From Candidatus Saganbacteria bacterium (GTDB taxonomy: Bacteria > Margulisbacteria > WOR-1 > JAKLHX01), in contig JAPLKZ010000011.1 of NCBI GenBank assembly GCA_026387835.1, positions 30,001-62,000 of the forward strand: 32,000 nt of DNA, read 5' to 3'. The notes under the pieces were generated by a model, which was not told where the DNA came from, ran no database searches, and was given only the letters and a program-made list of their open reading frames with translations. Shown piece after piece: positions 25,646-32,000 of this stretch. The translations under genes were made by a program, and so were the position numbers. Numbering within the stretch: the stretch's first letter is position 1; every line of letters starts with the position of its first letter.

Positions 25646-27841
25646 ATGTCATTAATGAGACCGATCGACCTCAATGGTCAGTGGCAGTTCATAAAAGACC
25701 CGAAAGACATCGGCGAGAGTGAAGGTTATTTCAGGTCCCCGCAAAAATTCAAAAAAGCCAAAAAGATCAGTGTCCCGTCAAACTGGGAGACCGCTGGGAT
25801 AGAAAACTACAGCGGGACTGTGTGGTTTTACAGAGAAATCGATAAGGTGGATATTTCTGATGATGAAGACGCGATCCTCCATTTCATGGGAGCGGACTAT
25901 TTTTGTAAAGTCTGGCTGAACGGAGAATATTTAGGGGAACACGAAGGATATTTTCAGCCGTTTGAATTCGATGTTGCGGACAAGGCCGGCAAAAAAACCA
26001 AAAACATTCTGATCGTAAAAGTATCTTCGCCTGCGGAAAAGACAGGAAAGGACGATTGGCCGCACAAAAAAAAACTTATCAAGGGAGTATTTGGCCATCA
26101 CGATGTCAGGCCAGGGGCCTGGTCTGAAAAGCTTGGGCAGTCCCATGGTACCGGAGGTATATGGAACGATGTCTCTATTTCAATACTTCCGAAGGTAAGG
26201 ATCTCAGGAATAAAAGTCAGTCCGGTACTTAAAGATAATTATAAAACTGCCGAATTAGACGTTGAAATATTTATTGAAAATAAGTCAAATAACGATATTT
26301 CTGCAAAGGTTGAGTTAGAAATATCCTACTGGCTTTTGACGTCCGACAAACAGCCTTCGCCCGTAAAAAAAATTGAACTGGACGCCGCCGTACTGCCGGG
26401 TGTAAATGTCTGCAAGACAAAAATTGAGATAAGAAATCCGTTCTTATGGTGGCCGTGGGACCACGGCGAGCAGAACCTGTATGTAATGAACGCAAAACTG
26501 TTTGTCCCGTCCGCCGGACAGCCGGTATCGGAGGCCGTCCAGAGGTTCGGGATCAGGGAAATAAAGATATCGGAAAAAGATAAAGGATGGATACTCAACG
26601 GCAGAAAAATATTTATCAGGGGATCGAACATCATCCCCGAGGAATATCTTTCTACTTATACGGCTGAACGCATAAAAAAGGATGTCGGGATCATCAAGGA
26701 CGCGAACTGCAATGCGGTAAGGGTCCATGCTCATATAAACAGGAAGGAATTATATGACGCGCTTGACGAGGCCGGAATAATGGTATGGCAGGATTTTCCG
26801 CTCCAGTGGGAATACGTGGACACCCGGGAATTCATCGAAGAAGCGTGCAGGCAGATAAAAGACATGGTAAATCTTCTTCACAATAATCCGTGTGTCATGC
26901 TCTGGTGCTGCCACAATGAACCGGTCGTCACGGGAAAGGCCATCGATTCCGCCCTGTATCAGGCCGTGAAAGAAGAAGACCGGACAAGAATAACAATAAA
27001 GGCGTCCGATTTTCACGAGCACCCGTATCCCGGATGGTTCTGGGGGCACTACCGGTATTATTTCGCTCTTCCCGGCAAGCCTTTCCCGACGGAATTCGGC
27101 GCGCAGGCGCTGCCCGGGATCGATACATTAAAAAAAATGTTCGAAAAAAAGGATCTCTGGCCGCCAAAATGGGGCATATGGGCGTACAGGGATTTTGTCT
27201 ACGAGCAGACGTTCCATATCGCCGGCGTCAGACGCGGTAAAAGCATAAATGAATTCATAAAAAACAGCCAGGCTTACCAGTCCGGCCTGATAAAATACGC
27301 GGTCGAAAGATACCGCCAGCACAAAGGAAGCGAGATATCCGGAATGTTCCATTTCATGCTGCTCGAGCCGTGGCCGGCCGTCTCATACTCAGTGACGGAC
27401 TATTTCAGGAACCCCAAAAAAGGTTTTTTCACTCTTAAGACATGTTTCCAGCCGGTGCTTGTCATCGCGTCGCTCCAGAGGAGGACTTTCGGGCCGGGGA
27501 ACAGGATCGAAGGCCAGTTCTGGGTCGTGAACGACTATTTCAGGGATTTTTACGGCGCAAAGCTGGCGATCTCCGTCAAAAGAGGCGGTAAGGTATTAAT
27601 AAGATATAGTAATGTAATGATAGATATCGAAAGGGACACTTGCAAGGAGATAACAAATATTGTATATTCAAATACAAAAGGACTGGAACTGCCTTCATCC
27701 GCCAAAGAAGGTCCGTGCGAAATGGTGATGGAGGTTTATGATGCTTTTGGCGCTTTTCTCTCGGCCAATACGGAAGAGCTGATCCTGGAAAAAATCCCAA
27801 AAGAGATTAAACAGTTCAACGCAGAATTTATATGGGAGTGA
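25646..27841 (+). CDS. Glycoside hydrolase family 2 protein, probable beta-mannosidase
   Basis: N-terminal LNGQWQFIKDP...VPSNWETAGIENYSGTVWFYREI; catalytic-region motifs NAVRVHAHINRKELYDALDEAGIMVWQDFPLQWEY, HNNPCVMLWCCHNEPV, FPTEFGAQALP. Start chosen at ATG 25646 (MSLMRPIDLNGQWQF) instead of the track's 25562. Confidence 0.85.
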   Translation: MSLMRPIDLNGQWQFIKDPKDIGESEGYFRSPQKFKKAKKISVPSNWETAGIENYSGTVWFYREIDKVDISDDEDAILHFMGADYFCKVWLNGEYLGEHEGYFQPFEFDVADKAGKKTKNILIVKVSSPAEKTGKDDWPHKKKLIKGVFGHHDVRPGAWSEKLGQSHGTGGIWNDVSISILPKVRISGIKVSPVLKDNYKTAELDVEIFIENKSNNDISAKVELEISYWLLTSDKQPSPVKKIELDAAVLPGVNVCKTKIEIRNPFLWWPWDHGEQNLYVMNAKLFVPSAGQPVSEAVQRFGIREIKISEKDKGWILNGRKIFIRGSNIIPEEYLSTYTAERIKKDVGIIKDANCNAVRVHAHINRKELYDALDEAGIMVWQDFPLQWEYVDTREFIEEACRQIKDMVNLLHNNPCVMLWCCHNEPVVTGKAIDSALYQAVKEEDRTRITIKASDFHEHPYPGWFWGHYRYYFALPGKPFPTEFGAQALPGIDTLKKMFEKKDLWPPKWGIWAYRDFVYEQTFHIAGVRRGKSINEFIKNSQAYQSGLIKYAVERYRQHKGSEISGMFHFMLLEPWPAVSYSVTDYFRNPKKGFFTLKTCFQPVLVIASLQRRTFGPGNRIEGQFWVVNDYFRDFYGAKLAISVKRGGKVLIRYSNVMIDIERDTCKEITNIVYSNTKGLELPSSAKEGPCEMVMEVYDAFGAFLSANTEELILEKIPKEIKQFNAEFIWE

Positions 27842-27845
27842 TTTT

Positions 27846-28781
27846 GTGCAAAAAAATCTCTGGTCGCAGATAGTTAAGTACAGGTTCGCCTATTATTTTA
27901 TTCTGCCGACTTTCATAGGGATGCTGTTCCTTCACATATTTCCGATATTCCAGGCGATCTACATGTCTTTTCTGAGGCTCAATCAATTCACTTTAAGCCA
28001 GTACCTTATGGCGCCTTTCGTGGGCCTTGAGAACTATTATGAGATCATCGTGAACGCGAACAGCCCGATACGCATCGGACTGCTGGAAGCGATCAGGAAT
28101 ACGGTGATCTATACGGTCCTGGTCACCATCGGCACCATAGCGGTCGGCATGGTGGTCGCTCTTATGGTGAACAGAAAGTTCAGAGGAAAAAACATAGTAA
28201 GGGCGCTGTTCCTTTTCCCGTGGGTCGTTCCGACATACGTGACCGGCCTTCTGTGGGGGTTCATGTGGCAGAAGGAGATCGGCGTGATAAACATACTGCT
28301 TGTAGACTGGCTCCATCTTTTGCCTTCCAAGCCGTTCTGGCTTCTCGGCCCCAACACTTTGTGGGCGATAATAATACCGACGATCTGGCGTTACTGGCCG
28401 CTTTCCATGCTCATGCTTCTTGCCGGGATGCAGTCGATACCGGACGAGCTTTACGAAGCGGCGGAGATCGACGGAGCGTCAGCCTGGAAAAAATTCTGGA
28501 CGATCACTTTTCCGATGCTGAAACCGGTCTGGGCGATATTGATACTTTTCGGTCTTATATACAACACTTATTCTTTCAATATCGTGATAATGATGTTCGG
28601 GTTCGGCGCCGGATACCCCGGCGAGTGGGGAGACCTTATGATGACGAACATATTCAGGAATACGTTCCAGCAATGGGCTTTCGGTGTGGGCGCGGCAGCT
28701 TCCGTGCTTTTGATGTTCTTTATGATAATAATCGTCAATTTCTGGTTCAGGTTCTATAAAAAATCAGAGGAAATGATGTAA
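27846..28781 (+). CDS. Carbohydrate ABC transporter permease, MalF/UgpA type
   Basis: Six-TM pattern and EAA loop (YEAAEIDGASAWKKFWTITFPMLKPVW); overlaps/abuts adjacent operon genes. Confidence 0.93.
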   Translation: MQKNLWSQIVKYRFAYYFILPTFIGMLFLHIFPIFQAIYMSFLRLNQFTLSQYLMAPFVGLENYYEIIVNANSPIRIGLLEAIRNTVIYTVLVTIGTIAVGMVVALMVNRKFRGKNIVRALFLFPWVVPTYVTGLLWGFMWQKEIGVINILLVDWLHLLPSKPFWLLGPNTLWAIIIPTIWRYWPLSMLMLLAGMQSIPDELYEAAEIDGASAWKKFWTITFPMLKPVWAILILFGLIYNTYSFNIVIMMFGFGAGYPGEWGDLMMTNIFRNTFQQWAFGVGAAASVLLMFFMIIIVNFWFRFYKKSEEMM

Positions 28782-28782
28782 A

Positions 28783-30588
28783 ATGTTCAACTTGCCTTAT
28801 TACATGAGGCAGCGCATAACAAAAAGAGCTACTGACGTAGTGATGGTAGTCTTTCTGATTATTACCCTTTTTCCTATTTTCTGGATGGTTTTTTCTTCTT
28901 TTAAAAGCAATACCGAGATTCTGCTGGGAAAGATCCCTTTCGGCAGGGCGAGCAACGACGCGGTCTACATGGAACAGAGAGGGAAAAGCCTCTTTGTGCT
29001 CACAGCCGACGGCGGGCTGAATAAATTTGATATCAGCACAAATGAGCTGATAAAACGCGGGTCCATAAAGTCGATGGCCACGAGCTATATTACGGATGAT
29101 GTTAATATCTGGGCCGGCTCTTCCGACAAAGGGCTTGTCCAAATTTCCATGGATGACCTTTCAAAAAAGAGACGTTTTGATGCCGATGTCGAAGGGAAAG
29201 ATATATCAAAAATTGTATCGACATTTCTGCTGCAGGATGAGAATACGATCTATATGGGTTTTCAGCAAAAGGGGGTCGAAAAACTTTACAAATTTGACAA
29301 GCCGACAAGGACTTTTTCCGGTACTATTTCTTTCGGCGGGCCTCTCTCCCCGTGCCAGGCGGCTTCGGCGGTGCTCTTCGGGGGACAGATATGGATAGGC
29401 ACGAACAAGGGGCTGATAGTCTGCGACAAAAAGACCGGACAGTCCGTAAAGACCTATAACGGCAACGATCTTGGTATCCCTCCCGTTGACATCAAAAAAA
29501 TGGTCCTTTTCAAGGATGAAATACTGCTTTCAACATCTTCGGGGATATTCGGTTTTTCTCCGTCGGCCGGAAAGGTCATAAAGATATACAACCAAGCATC
29601 CGGACTTCTGTCGGACAGGGCCAATAACATTCTTACCGACGGGAACAGGATATTTGCAGGGCTCAACAACGGGCTTTCTATAATAGACACTTCTACCGGG
29701 AACATTAAAAATATTGAAAGCTTGTTCGTCCCGGTGCAAGGCTCAAACGAAAAAGGTTTCGTGCACGGAGATGTGTTCGGGATGGCAAAAACTGAAAAAG
29801 GCATCATGCTCGGGTCAAGCGGCGGAAGGATAAGTTTTCTTGGCGCGAACAACGCGCCGTCGCAGACGTTAAAAGCGGGAGAAGGGCATATCCTTATAAG
29901 GTGGAGAAATTATATAGACCTGTGGAAGAATATAAATTTCGCTCTTTATCTCAAGAACTCCATCATAATATGCGGGATAACGATGCTGCTCGCGATGATA
30001 TTCGCGACTCTCGCGGCTTACTCGCTCGCGAGGTTCGATTTCCCCGGGAACAAATTCTTCAGCATCGGGGTCCTGGCCACCCAGATGATACCGGCGATAA
30101 TGTATCTCATCCCGATCTATATAATGTTCACAAAATTCACACAATGGACGGGGGTGCCCATGAAAGGGACGTACATGGGCCTGATAATGATATACAGCGC
30201 CTTCTTTATCCCGTTCTCGATATGGATACTGAGAGGATTTTTCGCGGCAATACCAGTCGAACTGGAAGAAGCGGCGCGTATCGACGGGGCTTCGCCTTTG
30301 CAGGTATTCTGGTATATTGTTCTTCCGCTTGCGGTACCCGGGATAATCGCGACCGGCATATATGTCTTTCTGACGGCTTGGGACGAGCTGATGTTCGCCT
30401 GGGTATTATGCAATGCCGACACCATGACGATACCGGTAGGCATAAGATTGTTCGTCGGTAATTACCAGAACAGGTTCGACCTTATGATGGCGGCGGCAAC
30501 GGTCGCGACGATACCCGTGATGGTGCTGTTCTTCATGCTGCAGAAACATATAGTCAAAGGCCTGACGGCAGGCGCAGTTAAAGGATAA
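28783..30588 (+). CDS. Carbohydrate ABC transporter permease, MalG/UgpE type, with inserted beta-propeller-like domain (601 aa)
   Basis: TM1 (VVMVVFLIITLFPIFWMVFSSFKSNTEI), then about 320 aa of propeller-like blades, then canonical MalG core (LKNSIIICGITMLLAMIFATLAAYSLARF...EEAARIDGASPLQVFWYIVLPLAVPGI). Confidence 0.92.
   Translation: MFNLPYYMRQRITKRATDVVMVVFLIITLFPIFWMVFSSFKSNTEILLGKIPFGRASNDAVYMEQRGKSLFVLTADGGLNKFDISTNELIKRGSIKSMATSYITDDVNIWAGSSDKGLVQISMDDLSKKRRFDADVEGKDISKIVSTFLLQDENTIYMGFQQKGVEKLYKFDKPTRTFSGTISFGGPLSPCQAASAVLFGGQIWIGTNKGLIVCDKKTGQSVKTYNGNDLGIPPVDIKKMVLFKDEILLSTSSGIFGFSPSAGKVIKIYNQASGLLSDRANNILTDGNRIFAGLNNGLSIIDTSTGNIKNIESLFVPVQGSNEKGFVHGDVFGMAKTEKGIMLGSSGGRISFLGANNAPSQTLKAGEGHILIRWRNYIDLWKNINFALYLKNSIIICGITMLLAMIFATLAAYSLARFDFPGNKFFSIGVLATQMIPAIMYLIPIYIMFTKFTQWTGVPMKGTYMGLIMIYSAFFIPFSIWILRGFFAAIPVELEEAARIDGASPLQVFWYIVLPLAVPGIIATGIYVFLTAWDELMFAWVLCNADTMTIPVGIRLFVGNYQNRFDLMMAAATVATIPVMVLFFMLQKHIVKGLTAGAVKG
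28933..29895 (+). other. Beta-propeller-like insertion domain within the MalG-type permease
   Basis: Repeated blades such as QIWIGTNKGLIVCDKKTGQ, EILLSTSSGIFGFSPSAGK, NRIFAGLNNGLSIIDTSTGN and GIMLGSSGGRISFL. Confidence 0.8.
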
Positions 30589-30620
30589 AAGATCAGGGCG
30601 CAAATAGAAAGGGGATGATG

Positions 30621-32000
30621 ATGAAGAAATCAGTTCTTGTTTTCATGTCCGCAATTATCTTGTGCGGGGCCGTTTCGGTGGCCTTGGCACAGGATAAGGT
30701 CAGCGCAGCCGTTAATCAGGCGTGTTATTTTGGAATATTCAGGCAAGGTGCTCCCGGAAATATGGGCCTCATAAACAGCCTTGAAAAAAAGACAGGGAAA
30801 AAATTTTCGGTCATCATGTGGTACCAGGATTGGAGCACGACTTTTAATAAAAGCCTCTGCGACAAGGTAGTCAGGAAAGGTGCAGTGCCGCACATCGTCT
30901 GGGAGCCCTGGCTGTGGTCTGACAAAGAAAAGATCAAACTCGGCAATATTTTGGCGGGTGAGTGGGACTCGCATATCAGGCAGTACGCGCAGGATGTGAG
31001 AAACTGGGGAAAACCGATCTTTATCAGATGGGGGCATGAGTTCAATATCGAAGGATATCCGTGGTGTGTCGTCAACAACGGCAAAGACCCGAAAAAATAT
31101 GTTGATGCTTTCAGGCACGTGAAAAACATTTTTAATGAAGAAGGCGCCGACAATGCGATGTTCGTCTGGTGCCCGATGAGGGAATCGTGGCCGCAGGAAA
31201 AATGGAATGATATGGAGCTTGCTTATCCCGGGGACGAATATGTCGACTGGATCGGCATAGACGGCTATAACTGGGGCGTCACCCAGCCGTGGAGCCAGTG
31301 GCAGAGCTTCAAGGAGCTTTTCAGGGATGTCTCAAGGAGCCTCTGGAGGGCGCACCCGACAAAACCGATAATGATAGCCGAGTTCGCGAGCGCCGACCTG
31401 GGCGACGACAAAGCCGGATGGATACTTGATATGAACGAAGAGCTGAAAAAGATGCCCTACATAAAGGCCATTAACTGGTTTGACGAAAAAAAAGAGGCTG
31501 ACTGGAGGATCGAAAGCACGCCCAAAACTCTGGCAGCTTTTAAAACTCTGATTAAAGACCCGTATTTTACAGCTTCATCAGCTGGGATCGCGGATATTAA
31601 ACAGGCTTTTAAATTCGGGATAGAAAAGAAAAAAGCTGTTGCAAGGTATGCCTCAACATCCGTTAAGATCGATGCGGATATATCTGACTGGATGACCGAT
31701 TCATTTATGACGATAGATCAGGAATCCCAAATCCAGGAAGGTGCAAATCTATGGAAAAGTCCTTCAGACCTCAGTGCAAAGGTCTATTTAAAGTGGGACA
31801 ACGATAACCTTTATATTGCTGCAGATGTTACTGACAAAAACCCGTTGATCAATTCAAAGAAGGGAAAGAATATCTGGAACGGCGATGCAATAGAAATTTG
31901 CCTCGGACTTGATAATTATGAAAGATCAAAACTAGGGGACAAAGATTTTCAGATTGGTTTCAGCAGCGGTAACGGTAAACTAGTCAGGCCATCAGTATGG
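30621..32000 (+). CDS. Secreted glycoside hydrolase family 26 (probable beta-mannanase) with C-terminal CBM9-like domain, truncated by window end
   Basis: Open to 32000, so absent from the ORF track. Signal peptide MKKSVLVFMSAIILCGAVSVALA; GH26-type FIRWGHEFNIEGYPW and KPIMIAEFASAD; from about 31650 DADISDWM...VYLKWDNDNLYIAADVTDKNPL...IWNGDAIEICLGLDN (CBM9-like). Purine-rich AGAAAGGGG upstream. Confidence 0.85.
   Translation, partial: MKKSVLVFMSAIILCGAVSVALAQDKVSAAVNQACYFGIFRQGAPGNMGLINSLEKKTGKKFSVIMWYQDWSTTFNKSLCDKVVRKGAVPHIVWEPWLWSDKEKIKLGNILAGEWDSHIRQYAQDVRNWGKPIFIRWGHEFNIEGYPWCVVNNGKDPKKYVDAFRHVKNIFNEEGADNAMFVWCPMRESWPQEKWNDMELAYPGDEYVDWIGIDGYNWGVTQPWSQWQSFKELFRDVSRSLWRAHPTKPIMIAEFASADLGDDKAGWILDMNEELKKMPYIKAINWFDEKKEADWRIESTPKTLAAFKTLIKDPYFTASSAGIADIKQAFKFGIEKKKAVARYASTSVKIDADISDWMTDSFMTIDQESQIQEGANLWKSPSDLSAKVYLKWDNDNLYIAADVTDKNPLINSKKGKNIWNGDAIEICLGLDNYERSKLGDKDFQIGFSSGNGKLVRPSVW

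Noticed and set aside
27993-31153. Antisense or out-of-frame ORFs over the permease and GH26 genes (for example 28220..28759 +, 30117..30443 -, 30725..31153 -).
   Set aside because: They overlap clear transporter and glycosidase coding frames; no independent support.

Overview
The window looks like a bacterial chromosomal segment. The lineage cannot be proven from sequence; an uncultured, Omnitrophota-like origin is only a guess. It has two parts. (1) Positions 1-25.5 kb are entirely minus-strand: a set of very large proteins with no family I recognise (TPR/alpha-solenoid-like, multi-TM, and soluble), two paralogous membrane proteins sharing a possibly HPr-like N-terminal domain, one of which carries LRV/HEAT-like tandem repeats, then a glycan/nucleotide-sugar operon (epimerase-like pseudoenzyme fused to an alpha/alpha-toroid-like domain, a canonical WecB-type UDP-GlcNAc 2-epimerase, a nucleotidyltransferase) and a GT2 glycosyltransferase. 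(2) Positions 25.6-32 kb are plus-strand: a probable mannan/beta-mannoside utilisation cluster (GH2, two MalF/MalG-type ABC permeases, GH26 with a CBM9-like domain). The two strongest unusual signals are: (a) a bipartite promoter-like motif, TGAAATTYCC...CGATA with exactly 16 nt between TGAAAT and CGATA, found nine times, always intergenic, always minus-strand, and upstream of the first gene of every minus-strand transcription unit whose 5' end is visible; it resembles an ECF or sigma-28-class promoter and would place the unknown-protein genes and the glycan genes in one regulon; (b) a MalG-type permease with an approximately 320-aa beta-propeller-like domain inserted in its first extracytoplasmic loop. 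No CRISPR, rRNA, tRNA, transposase or integrase was recognised.
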